Source: Octopus sinensis
Taxonomy: Eukaryota
Length of the DNA: 64,000 nucleotides
Assembly (NCBI RefSeq): GCF_006345805.1
Contig: NC_042997.1
Span: 9,238,001-9,302,000 of the forward strand
Direction: 5' to 3'
The notes under the pieces: model-generated
The model's input: only the letters and a program-made list of their open reading frames with translations
Database searches by the model: none
What the model was told of the DNA's origin: nothing
Part shown: positions 26,240-38,790 of the stretch, one piece after another
How positions within the stretch are numbered: position 1 is the first letter of the stretch
Layout of the letters: the number at the start of each line of letters is the position of its first letter
Position numbers and translations under genes: made by a program

Positions 26240-27153
26240 ATAAAAACTAGATAAATCAAAGAACTAGATGAATCAAAGAGCTATAGATTGGAGATTTTCA
26301 AATTTTAATTTCAAAATAATTATCTAATGGGGAGAATTAAGATAATAAATATTCAATTTAGAATTTCAGAATTTTACAGATACATTTATGTGTTTATTGT
26401 AACATTTGGCCTGTCTGCAAACGACCTTCAAATTAAATTGAATTTTGTAAAGTATTGACACTTCCAGTCTTAGCTAAACTTCAGGTTCTACTTCATTTTA
26501 GCACTTTTCCAATATTTCAATATATATTCCTTGAATGATATTTGAGGCCTTGTCATATATCTCCAGGTATTTCCACAGATCTTTGAGTTAATTAATGTCC
26601 ATCAACTGTTATGGAAATGCTGTCCAAAGTAGTAATATCCATTTTCCTCAGACCTGAGGAAATCTTGGAATAATTTCAATCTGTGGTTCAGTTTATTATC
26701 TTACTGTAATCATAATCGTCTTGCATATTAGTTGCTCAGCCATTATGTGGCTGAGGAGTTTGCTTCACAATTACATAGTTTTGGATTTGATCCTTCAGCA
26801 TGGCCCTTTGGCCAAGTGTCTTCTGCTCTAATTTCAGGTTAGATTAAAGCTGTGTGAACAAAACTGGGAAGATAGAAGTTGTGTAGAAGCCTGTCAGATG
26901 TATTAATGATATATATATTCTTGGATCAAAGATCTTATCTATTGTCCAATTTAAAACTACCACCTGGAACTTGGGTGACTTTATCAGAACCTGGCAATTG
27001 CAGAGATTTTAACCAATTGAGTTTTTGGTCTGCAGATTACTCCTTCCTTTTCTCATCAGTTCAGAAGTACTACACAAAGGTCATACCTACTGATCCTTCA
27101 TCTGTAACTAAGCTATCAGTACTATTTATCTGTTATTCATTTCTTGTTATTAA

Positions 27154-27709
27154 CCTTTTAGCATTTAGATCATTCTGTCAGGTGTGGGAGCACTCTGTCG
27201 GTTACGACGGTGAGGGTCCCAGCTGATACGATCAATGAAACAGCCTGCTTGTGAAATTAACATGCAAGTGACTGAGCAATCCACAGACATGCGTGCCCCT
27301 AATGTAGTTCTCAGGGAGATTCAGCGTGACACAGAGTGTGACAAGGCCGGCCCTTTGAAATACAGGTACAACTCATTTTTGCCAGCTGAGTGAACTGGAG
27401 CAATATGAAATAAAGTGTCTTACTCGAAGACACAATGTGTCACCGGGAATCGAACTCACGACCTTGCAATCATGAGCCGAATGCCCTAACCACTAAGCCG
27501 CGCACCTTCACTGTCAGGTGTAATGCTTACTTAATCAAATCAACTTGAATTAGTCATGCATTATGTTGTAGCTTTAAAATTTCAATGACATGAGTGTTTA
27601 TTTTCAGAATAATATTGTAGGGTAAGTGTGAGAAGCCAGATCTGGCCAGTTTGAACATAAAACAAGTAGAATATTTTGGCCAGATGTGGCTGGCTTAAAT
27701 GTTAATGGG
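27154..27709. mobile_element. piggyBac-type MITE (second family) split by a SINE
   Basis: TTAA at 27150 and 27710; TIR CCTTTTAGCATTTA / TAAATGTTAATGGG. Confidence 0.7.
27186..27510 (-). mobile_element. tRNA-SINE, head X + tail A, full length
   Basis: 11 bp TSD CTGTCAGGTGT at 27175-27185 and 27511-27521. Confidence 0.9.
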
Positions 27710-27964
27710 TTAATGCTGTCCACAGTGGGTTCTCTCTTTGTTTTAACTTATTACTGTATGTCGGTTATGAATATTTTTCTCTCTCCTTCTCTCTCTCCTC
27801 TTTCTCTCTCCTTCTCTCTGTCTCTCAACAATGTCTACATTATGGAGCTGTGCTCAGTAGCTGTTGTTCCTTATGGCTTCCCATACCTTTCTCTCAACTA
27901 CATGCTATAAATTTTCATACAACATGTCATATATCACCCCTCATACTTTATTAAATACTTTTAG

Positions 27965-28014
27965 AATGCTTATGAAATGGAGACTGTCTTCCTTCAGCAT
28001 GATTATTTGAGAAA
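27965..28014 (+). CDS. Candidate 50 nt exon
   Basis: tactttttag acceptor, NAYEMETVFLQHDYLR(K), AA|gtacgg donor; phase 0 to 2. Confidence 0.3.
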
Positions 28015-28480
28015 GTACGGCTTTTTCTAAGATATTTGCTGTTCCTGCAAGCATGAAGAAAATATTAGTTATGTGTAAATTAATAGCACTAACAGGTATG
28101 AGAAGTATGGGAAGATTGACAGATTCATTACATTAATTAAATGTTTTAGTTGATGCAACAGCAAATATTGATTATGTTTATAATTTTCAGGACTTGCAGA
28201 CCTAAAATTTTAAACTTAGTTAATGTTTTTTATATATATTTAGAATTCATATCAAAGGGCAATCAAAAATATTAGAAATTTCCATTACCAATAGCCTAGC
28301 GTGTAAAAATTTAGTCAATACACTATATATTATTCATATAAATACAGTGTACATTTAAACACATAAGAGGCATCCATCATAGGACTCATTTCATGCTAGA
28401 GGGAACAGTTAAATTCCAAACTACTGTTAGGGATAAAATTTCGAAGGGAATGAAAAATAAAAACATTTACCATCTAACTT

Positions 28481-28551
28481 CTGGACCAATGGTTTCAGAC
28501 TTTATTAGCAAATAAAATAATTTGCTAGGTGAAGGAAGCCTTCTTCAGCAG
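28481..28551 (-). ncRNA. Type I hammerhead ribozyme
   Basis: Minus strand: CTG | CTGAAGA | AGGCT..(inner TAGCAAAT/ATTTGCTA hairpin)..AGTCT | GAAA | CCATTGG | TC | CAG. GUC cleavage triplet, 5 bp stem II, 3 bp stem I. Confidence 0.7.
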
Positions 28552-29184
28552 GTACACCTTAGATTAAATGTATATACACGAGGCAATCCATTATATGCCC
28601 TGTGCTTATACATTCTAATTTTTCAAATTTACCACAAAAGCGCAGCTCCTTGTCGGCAGTAAATAAATAATGCCGGCTTTTCGAAAATTATCCAGAAAAA
28701 AAATTATCAATAATTAATAATATCAAAGGATAATCAGAAATATTAGAAATTTTCATTACCAGTGGCCTAGCATATAAAAATTTAGAAACTAGACTATATA
28801 TTATTCATATAAATACATCTTTTGGGGGTCGATAAATTAAATACCAGTTGCATACTGGGGTCAATCTAATTGACTGGCTCCCTCCCCCAAGATTTCAGGC
28901 CTTGTGCCAATAGAATAAAGGATTATTATTTAGTATTGATATTGAATTATGCTTCTTTTCAATCACTCTGAACTAAAATTATTGTCAGGTTATTTATTCC
29001 AGCATGCATCTGCAGACTTAGTTAAAAAGTAAAGGTTATTGAAGGCAGGTTAGTAATCTATATGTAGTCACATGGTCTGCTAGAAATGGCAGTCAAATCC
29101 ACCTCAAACTACACTAAACTATCTTAAAAAAGACACAGATAATTTAATACTAGATATGTGAAAACTGAAATAATAATGATTCCT

Positions 29185-29390
29185 GTGATAGGCTCAAGGC
29201 CTGAAATTTTGGAGGAGGGCGCCAGTTGATTAGATCGAAACCAGTACGCAACTGGTACTTAATTTATCAACCCCAAAAAGATGAAAGGCAAAGTAGACCT
29301 CAGTGGAATTTGAACTCAGAACAAAGTGGCAGACGAAATACTGGTAAGCTGTTCAACTGGCATGCTAATGGTTCTGCCAGCTCGCCGCCT
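29185..29390 (-). mobile_element. Meta-like SINE
   Basis: Reverse complement of the 25497 family. Further copies or fragments at 28820-28925(+), 29945-30150(-), 31625-31790(+), 13395-13530(-, decayed). Confidence 0.8.
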
Positions 29391-29871
29391 TTAGAAAATT
29401 GAAATAAGTGTGCATACTATCAGAGGTTTACTCATGGAAAGCCCACCCAAGGCTAAACAAGAATGGCATTATTTCAAATCCGTGGTGTTACAATGTTCAT
29501 AACATGCTGTTGACTGGAGGTTGAACTGATTCAATATTCAGTGTTGATATACAATTTGTAAATAAACACTGAAAATATGAGGTTAATAGTCTGGAAATTA
29601 TTATCTTAATAATAATGCATCTCAGGCCTTTAGACATTTAAATAGATATTTATCTATTGAATTACATATTTATTAATATTTGAATAAGATAAATGGTGTG
29701 TCAAAGTACTGAGAAATACATACTTACTTGAAGATACATAAAGCAGCATATTTACATTGCTTCATATTTTATTCAGTTTTATTGAAAATATATATATCCA
29801 TTTTGAATAATATCTGTGCTATTCTAAAAATTATTAAATGTATATATGTGTGTGTGTGTGTGTGTGCGTGT

Positions 29872-29909
<38 letters not shown>

Positions 29910-30219
29910 TGTGTGTGTGTGTGTGTGCATATATATGTGTTTCTTTATTACCCACAAGGGGCTACACACAGAGGGGACAAACAAGGACACACAAACGAAT
30001 TAAGTCAATTACATCGACCCCAGTGCATAACTGGTACTTATTTAATCGACCCCGAAAGGAAGAAAGGCAAAGTCGACCTCAGCAGAATTTGAACACAGAA
30101 CATAGCGGCAGACGAAATACGGCTGCGCATTTCGCCCAGCGTGCTAACGTGTATGCATATATATGTGTGTATGTGTGTGTATTTATATATCCTTAAACAT
30201 ATAGATATATGTATATAGC

Positions 30220-31245
30220 AGGTGTGATGAGTAAATTGGTGCCATTTTTTTTTATATCATGCATGCACATTGTTTGTTTTTGATTTTGTCAACTACACAG
30301 TATAGTAGGGTTAGTTGGGCACCATCTGTGAGAAAAATAGCACCATGATGCAATTCACTCTGCCAAAAATTTGGAAATGACATGTTGTACTACTTGGCAT
30401 TCATGCCAGAAGCTCCAATTCTGTCTTCAGAGTGTTTGGGTGACACTCAGTGCAATCTGAGGACATGTACCGAGTGTGATAACAATCAAACATCCATTCA
30501 ACATCATGTTGTTTAGAGTGATCGCTAGTGATGGTGACGTTATGCCTCCATTCATCTTCCCACATGGCCTCAGACTTGACATGGAGACCTATATTAAGTG
30601 CCTGGAGGATGTAGTCAAGAGGGTGACTGCTGGAAGAAATTATATCTGGCAACAGGAATATACAACATGCCACACAAACAAGAGAACCCAGTTATGACTG
30701 TCAGACAATATCTTATTTCTTTTATTGCCCACAATGGGCTAAACATAGAGGGGACAAACAAGGAGAAACAAAGGGATTAAGTCGATTACATCGACCCCAG
30801 TGCGTAAATGGTACTTAATTTATCGACCCCAAAAGGATGAAAGGCAAAGTCAACCTTGGCAGAATTTGAACTGAGAACATACCAGCCGATGAACTACTGG
30901 TAAGCATTTTGCCCGGCGTGCTAACCCGCTTGATTATTTTATGTGTGGGGCACAGTTGAGCGAGAGACCAATAGAACTCCATGTAACAGCAAAGATGAAT
31001 TGAAGGCAAGGATTATGGCAGCATTCCCCAAATTAAACAAGGAGTTCATCCAGAAGACTTGCAGAAGATTCCAAAGTTGTCTGGAGGCCATGATTGAAGC
31101 CAATGGCAATTTTATTGAATAAATTTATGCTTTAGTATTTCAAGATACTTTTATGTAATTTTGGAATATGTATCTCTTGAAACAAGATGTCAGTGTTATT
31201 TTCAATTTTGCGCAATTTGGAAGACCGTTTATTCACTGCACCCTG
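30220..31245 (+). mobile_element. Internally deleted Tc1/mariner DD37D (maT-like) transposon, interrupted by a SINE at 30711-30925
   Basis: SDGDVMPPFIFPHGLRL...YIKCLEDVV...WQQ(E)YTTCHT...NPLDY; CAGG(G)TG-type ends near 30225 and 31243. Confidence 0.75.
30711..30925 (-). mobile_element. Meta-like SINE inside the DD37D transposase
   Basis: Reverse complement of the 25497 family, head truncated. Confidence 0.8.
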
Positions 31246-31869
31246 AATATATATAAGTATGTATTGTTTATTAGTTTCACTACTATTTTCCATGCTAGCA
31301 TGGGTTAGAAAAATATCCATTTACAGCTATTTACCATCATTGTTACTAACCTGTAACTATTTTTCATGTAAGGGATCTCTTATTTCACATGTTTACAAAA
31401 ACATGAAACAAGCGGATAATTTGTTCGCAGAAGTGACATCAACAACAACAACAGTAACAACACTTGCAGACATCAACTTTTGTAAAGCTCTAATTTAAAC
31501 AAGCACACATACCCATAAAAATACAGGCACACATACAACCAAATCTACATATGCATATACATGATAGGTTTTGGGGTTTTTTTTTTTTTTTTTTAGTTTC
31601 TGTCTATCAAGTTTATTCACAAAGCAAAGTAGAACGTTCTGAGTTCAAATTCCGCTGAGGTCCACTTTGCCTTTCATCTTTTTGGGTTTGATAAATTAAG
31701 TACCAGTTGAGTACTGGGGTCAATCTAATCGACTGGTTCCCTCTCCCAAAATTTTAGGCCTTGTGCCTATCACAGAAATCATTATAATTTCAGTTTTCAG
31801 AACCATGTGATTGAGAAGTGAAATTTTTAATCATACAACCATGTCAGTATCTAGCCATTGAGTGTGTGC

Positions 31870-31917
<48 letters not shown>

Positions 31918-31959
31918 TGAGAGAGTGAGAGAGAGAGAGAGAGTGAGAGAGAGAGAGAG

Positions 31960-32006
<47 letters not shown>

Positions 32007-32083
32007 TGTGTGAGTGTGTGTGTATCATCAGTGGTTCATGTATACAAAAAAGAAGCACATTCTAATGTATAGAGCAGTAATGT

Positions 32084-32284
32084 ATTTATGTGTAGTCAAA
32101 TATATGTCTATCATAAAGTGACCAATGGTTTCACACCCATAAGGCACTTGACTCTATGGACAACTTGTCAGAATCTAAAGGCAGAGGACATAAATGTCTG
32201 ATGAGTCGTCCATAGAGCTACATGCTTTATGGCTGTGAAACCATAGCTCCCACTATGACTGGACATATTTAGCTGTATGTAAAT
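32084..32284. repeat. Old ~200 bp palindrome carrying two diverged HHRs (32120-32171 minus, 32198-32249 plus)
   Basis: Minus: CTGACAAGTTGTCCATAGAG...CCTTATGGGTGTGAAACCATTGGTC. Plus: CTGATGAGTCGTCCATAGAG...CTTTATGGCTGTGAAACCATAGCTC. Colinear about axis 32184.5, 26 bp spacer, outer flanks also inverted. Confidence 0.7.
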
Positions 32285-32289
32285 ATCAT

Positions 32290-32323
<34 letters not shown>

Positions 32324-32760
32324 ATCGTTTAGCGTCCATTTTCCATGTTGGCATGGGTTGGACAGTTTGACTGAGGTCTAGAAAGCAAGCAGCTACACCA
32401 GGCTCCAATCTGATCTAGCAATGTTTCTACAGCTGGATGCCCTTCTTTACACAAAACCACTGCAAGAGTGTAGTGGGTACTTTTTATATGCCACCAGCAA
32501 AGGAGCCAGTTAGGTGACCCTGGCATCGGTCATGTTCTGATAGTGTTTTTTTACATGCCACTAGCATGCAAGCCAGTCGGGGGGGCACTAACATTAATCA
32601 CATTTGGATGGTGCGTTTTGCATGCCACTGGCACAAGAGCCAGTCAGGGACACTGACATATGCCACATGCAGATGGTGCATTTTACATGCCACCAGCATG
32701 GGAGCCAGTTTGGCAGACATGGCATTGACCACATTTGGATGGTGCTCTTTACATGTGCAT
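32290..32760 (-). mobile_element. RTE 3' module, multi-subrepeat
   Basis: Reverse complement of the 4338 family with (CAT)n tail. Other copies: 6030-6170, 8840-9055, 26035-26200, 34560-35050, 38790-39092, 60355-60760 (all +). Confidence 0.75.
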
Positions 32761-33486
32761 ATATATTGTTTTTATACACACACACATACACACAAGTATG
32801 CACTTAGGTGAAAAACAAAGTGAAAAAATAGCACTCAGATACCAAAGATAGACCAAAATATTGTTTCATTAAAGCTGAAAAGAACTTCATAAGCTGTTAC
32901 TCAGAATATCACACAGCCATTTGTCAGACAGTAATGATAACACAGAATAATGAGATATATAAATTGTGAGTATATGTAATGTTTTGGAAATATCAGTTCA
33001 ACAAATAAGCATTTAAATCTGAGTGAGTAATTTTATTCAAAAAAATAATGGTGCATAATTGACAGAAATAAGTATAAACATGTATACATACATATTTATA
33101 TATATATCAAAGAATGTAAAGAATGAAAAAGATTAAAAAAATACTGCATGTTTCATAGATAAACTTGATGTGTTATATAACTTGCTAATATAACTCATTA
33201 AGTTTAGCTACGAAACATATGTAGTCTTTATTCATCATTTCCATTCCTAACATTCTTTGATTTTTATTTGCATAATTAGCAATTTTCATTGCTAAACTGT
33301 GAATTGTATGGAGACTATCAACTTATTGAAATTTCTATCAATTTCAATATGTGATGAAGTAACATATGATAGTTAATACATTTTCTTTATCGTATAATAT
33401 CCTGGGTTATATTTTTCCATCTGCATGAGTTGTATACATACTTAATGCTTACTAACTTCTTGTACCAGGATCTTTTTGAATTGACA

Positions 33487-33900
33487 TACTCAGGAGTGGC
33501 TGTGTGGTTAGTAGCTTGCTTACGAACCACATGGTTCTGGGTTCAGTCTCACTACGTGGCACCTTGGGCAAGTGTCTTCTACTATAGCCTCGGGTCAACC
33601 AAAGCCTTGTGAGTGGATTTCATAGACGGAAACTGAAAGAAGCCCATCGTATATATGTATATATATATATGTATGTGTGTTTATATGTTTGTCTGTCTGT
33701 GTTTGTCCCCCCAACATCGCTTGACAACTGATGCTGATGTGTTTACATCCCCGTCACTTAGCAGTTCAGCAAAAGAGACCAATAGAATAAGTACTAGGCT
33801 TACAAAGAAAAAGTCATGGGGTCTTATTTGCTCAATTAAAAGGTGGTGCTTCAGCTTGGCCACAGTCACATGATTGAAGCATGTAAAAGAGTAAAGAGTA
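33487..33900 (+). mobile_element. Full-length CORE-like SINE
   Basis: Colinear with 17922-18321. Confidence 0.85.
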
Positions 33901-33915
33901 ATAGTTATATATGTA

Positions 33916-34322
33916 CAAAGGTCAACTGAAAATTTCATAGGCTGACTAGGATACCGTCATGGAATATAACTAGTTCACACATTTCTTCCATAAGTGTTGC
34001 AATTCTTAGACCATCTTCAAGACTCTCCCTTCTTCTCCTAAATTCAGCTGCCCACTTTTGTACTGTTGATAAAGCTGGAGCATTGTGGGCCAGCCCCTTC
34101 TTCTGCAGGTACTTGATAACACCACAATGCCAAATTTTGTCCATTTTCAAGAGAAGTCACCACTAGTTACTTTCGAGGTGATCTTTGAACAGTCATATCT
34201 CGCTTTACCTGAGAACAAACGGTGCAGTTATTAACAGAAATTGAAATTAAGGCATGCAATATTTCACAGCTTTAACATCATTTCTTCATAGTCAGCCTGG
34301 GAACTTTTCAGCCCATCCACAT
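33916..34322 (-). mobile_element. Internally deleted mariner (MITE-like) with both TIRs
   Basis: TIRs ..CTGAAAATTTCATAGGCTGAC / GTCAGCCTGGGAACTTTTCAG..; minus ORF MDKIWHCGVIKYLQKKGL...LSTVQKWAAEFRRRRESLED (mariner N-terminal HTH). Same family as 62906. Confidence 0.8.
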
Positions 34323-35726
34323 GTGTGTGTGTGTGTGTACATGTGTGTGTGTGTGTGTGTGTGTATAAATCAAGGCACACAGTGCTTTAGATCAATTTTA
34401 GCTGATCTTGATGTCACTGCATCCATGAGACCCAATGCTCAAATGGTGCCTTTTACATACCACCAGCACAGGTGCCAGTCAGATGGCACTGGCATCAGCC
34501 ATGACTGCAATATAGAATTATTAATTAACATCACACTCGAATGGTGCCTTTTATGTACCACTGGACTGGCTAACCGGCTTCTGTGCTTGTAGCACATAAA
34601 AGGCACCATTCGAGTGTGATCATTACCAGTGTCGCCTTACTGGCACTCGAGCCCCGTGCTAGTAGGGTGTTAAGAGCACCATCCGAGCATGATCGTTGCC
34701 AGAGTGGCTAACTGGCTTCCATGCTGGTGGCACGTAAAAGGCACCAATCGAGCGTGAGCGTTACCAGCATCGCCTTATTGGCACCTGTGCCAGTGGCATG
34801 TGTAAAAGATTCGAGCAAGGTCGTTGCCAGTACCACCTGACTGGCCCTGTGCCGGTGGCATGTAAGTGCATCCACTACACTCTCGGAGTGGTTGGCATTA
34901 GGAAGGGCATCCATCTGTAGAAACACTGCAAGATCAAGATTGAAGCCTGGTGCAGCCATCTGGTTCGCCAGCCCTCAGTCAAATCGTTCAACCCATGCTA
35001 GCATGGAAAGCAGACGTTAAATGATGATAATGATGATGATGATGATGATAAAATTCTCTCTTGAATTCTTATGTCCATGAGTGTCTAATAAACATGATAT
35101 GCTAATGTGCTTATATGTTAATCATTTAAATGTTAATGAATTCGTTATATTTATTTTTGCAACTGATCCCAAATGTTTCAATATTCTGTTTTAGCATTTT
35201 GGCAATGTGCAATGTGTTTGTTCTGACTCATAAATTTCTTAGATGCAATCTGAAGGAGAAAAAAGAACGTCCCATAAACCTCAATAGTTCATTGGTTAAC
35301 CAATGAAGACTGTTTGCACATAATGTTACAAAGAAAACTCAACTTAGCAGCACTAATCTCACACTGCATTGTTAAATGCAATGGGATATCACAGATGTGG
35401 AGAAAAATAAAATGCAGTGAAGTAAACCAACGAACAATTGGACCTGCATTGCACACACAGTTTGCTGGAAGCTAACCACAGTATTATTGTTGTTGTTGCT
35501 GCTGTTGTTGTTGTTGTTGTTGTTATTAAGTCAGTCCTGGTTGGGCAGATATTTTTCCTTATGGAATTCTAGCAGTGACCAACCTGTCATTTTTTTGTAT
35601 ATCTAGGTTTATATAGAGAAATACGTTCTTTCTTTATTTGAGGGAAATTTGCCATTATTTCCAGCTGTTGGTCGACCACCTACATGACTTCCCTCCAACT
35701 GAAAATACTAGCATTAGTTTAAGAAT

Positions 35727-36158
35727 ACTCTTTTTATTCTTTTACTCTTTTACTTGTTTTAGTCATGTGACTGTAGCCATGCTGGAGCACCACCTTTAGT
35801 TGACCAAATCAACCCCAGGACTTATTCTTTGGAAGCCTAGTACTTATTCTATCGGTCTCTTTTGTCGAACCGCTAAGTTATGAGGACGTAAACACACCAG
35901 CATCGGTTGTCAAGCAATGTTGGGGGACAAACACAGACACACACAAACATTTACACACACACACAGACACACACACATATATATACATATATACGACGGG
36001 CTTCTTTCAGTTTCTGTCAACCAAATCCACTCACAAGGCTTTGGTTGGCCCGAGGCTATTGTAGAAGACACTTGCGCAAGGTGCCATGCAGTGGGACTGA
36101 ACCTGGAGCCAAATGGTTTGTAAGCAAGCTACTTACCACACAGCCACTCCCATGCCTA
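35727..36158 (-). mobile_element. Full-length CORE-like SINE
   Basis: Reverse complement of the 17922 family. Confidence 0.85.
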
Positions 36159-36399
36159 TTTCATCTCCATTAATTCTCTGTTAACTGATGACTATTTATA
36201 ATAAGATTTGTAAGGTAGCAGAAGAGACTTCTAAATGACTTCTTATTAGTTGTATTGTAGAATTTGTTGTTGTTTAACCCAAGGTCAGTTTTTATCAATA
36301 AAATGTATTATCATGAGTATTCCAGCCATGACCAACTCTTCATTTTTTCCCACGTGCGGTTAACCTGTATCCACATTACTCTTATACTCTTTTGTTCGT

Positions 36400-36778
36400 T
36401 TACTCTTTTACTTGTTTCAGTCATTTGACTGTAGCCATGCTGGAGCACCACCTTTAGTTGAGCAAATCAACCCCAGGACTTATTCTTTGGAAGCCTAGTA
36501 CTTATTCTATCGACCTCTTTTGCCAAACTGCTAAGTTATGAGGTCGTAAACACACCAGCATATGTTGTTAAGCGATGTTGGTGGGGACAAACACATATAT
36601 ATATATATACATATATATATGACAGGCTTATTTCAGTTTCTGTCTACCAAATCCACTCACAAGACTTTGGTTGGCCCGAGGCTATAGTAGAAACACTTGC
36701 CCAAGGTGCCACGCAGTGGGACTGAACCCAGAACCATGTGGTTGGTAAGCAAGCTACTAACCACACAGCCACTCATGC
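36400..36778 (-). mobile_element. CORE-like SINE
   Basis: Reverse complement of the 17922 family. Confidence 0.85.
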
Positions 36779-38465
36779 ATTAGTTAACATATTCTTTTCA
36801 AAAAAAAGTAAGGAGTGATGGTAAACACACCAGGCTTTTCATGAAAGTGCAGCATATTTTATAACACAAACACAAAATCAAAGAGGGATTTATAAACACA
36901 TTTCACCTATCTCTGCTACTGTTGCTCAATGTTAGATAACTCTACTGGCCACTGCTATTGTACTGAACAACAGGTTGTATCAGATGTTATATTTTCAAGA
37001 CTCTTGCATCCTAATAGGGGCTAAAGGTGATTCACCTGCATTGATGTAATTGGCAGAAGCATACAACATGAAACTGAGTAACTACCAGAGCTAACAGGAA
37101 GTGGGTAAAGACCTTTGGCACAGCATTGTGAGACATCTCAGTTGTAGTCACTAGAATAAGAAAAGAATGAGTTGAAAGAGATTTGGTTACTATTTCCAGT
37201 AAGTTGAGTAACCACATTGAAACTCCCACATTTGCTTTGAATACTGAAATACTTTGAGTTAATAGAGCATTGATAATCTATGTTAATAAAATATAGGCTG
37301 AAGGATTAATGGTTTCGATCATATTTTAGGGATTTATTGTAGGAAGATTTAGCTGCTATTTCTAGGATAGTCAAATATAGGTTCGTTCAATAACTCAGTG
37401 CTTTGAGTTTATTTTGTCACTTACATTGTTCTGTATTCTCTGTATCCTTAGATTTAATTCATTCTAAATGTAAATAAGTGTTGTGTTTTGCAAGTTTATT
37501 GCTAAAATGTTGATGAGCATTGAGTAATAAATATATATTCCTCTAGCTTGGAGTGTTAAATTCTAGTCATATACTGATGTTTTCCCTAAAATTTAGCAAT
37601 GTGCATTTTGAAAAATTGTTTCAGGAAGCCACAAAATCTAATCTGATAATTAAATTTGCTTATCAGTCCAATCTATATTCTTGCATGAATGATGGCAAAG
37701 ATGTTGTTTAAATAGAGAAATGAGAAAAGAAAAATCACTATTTTAGTTATTTATTTTATGAATATTAAATATTGGAAAGGAGGTTGAATGGTAAAAATGA
37801 CAAATCATTTGAGAAATAAAGCTTTTTATATTACTCTACATTCTGAATTCAAGTCAAGCCTGTCAGAAAGCCCCTATGTTATTTTTGGGCAATCCCCCTT
37901 AAATCACACCTTACTTTCTTAAAAATAGAAGGACAGATCACATAGTAATGTCTAAGATACACTGTATCACATTACTGGTGGTGGTGGTATCAATGGTGAT
38001 GATGATGACGACAATGACAATGACGATGATAACAATGATGACAATGATGATGATGATGATGATCCCCACTTCACTTTGATCATGCAGCACAGTGATCAGC
38101 TCGACAGCTCTTAATACACTTAGTCCACTCTTGGTTCAATCCCACTTGAGTTTTAATCTTTTAACTCTCTGAGACCATAAATATATAACAGTAATGCACT
38201 ACAGCGAGGACAATAAATTATTTCCACACCACTGGAAAAGTGGCTAAAAGTTTAGTGAAAATGTGTCTTATATTTTGAATATTAGAAGAGCAGTCAGTAA
38301 GCAGAAACAGGAAATTTTGAAGTTATACTGCCTAGTAAGTGACTTGATATGAGACTTTGAAAAAACTGAAGCAACTATATTGTGAAAGAGTCATTCAAGC
38401 CACAAAGTTACAAAATTCAATGTAAATTCAAATATATTTATTCGTGTCGCCTATCGTTACTGCGC

Positions 38466-38790
38466 CACCTTACTAGCAATCGTTACTGCATTGCCTTACT
38501 AGCAATCATTACTGTGTTGCCTTACTAGCAATCATTACTGCATTGCCTTACTAGCAATCGTTACTGCGTCACCTTACTAGCAATCATCACTACATTGCCT
38601 TACTAGCAATCATTACTGCATTGCCTTACTAGCAATCGTTACTGCGTTGCCTTACTAGCAATCGTTACTGCATTGCCTTACTAGTAATCGTTACTGCATT
38701 GCCTTACTTGCAATTGTTACTGCATTGCCTTACTAGCAATCGTTACTGCGTTGCCTTACTAGCAATCGTTACTGCATCGCCTTACTAGCA
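38466..38790. repeat. 26 bp minisatellite, ~13 copies
   Basis: Unit GCCTTACTAGCAATCGTTACTGCATT, running directly into the RTE 3' module at 38790. Confidence 0.95.

Noticed and set aside
38466-38790. Regularly spaced 26 bp repeats resembling a CRISPR array
   Set aside because: Head-to-tail units with no unique spacers, no cas genes, eukaryotic context, and derived from an adjacent retroelement.
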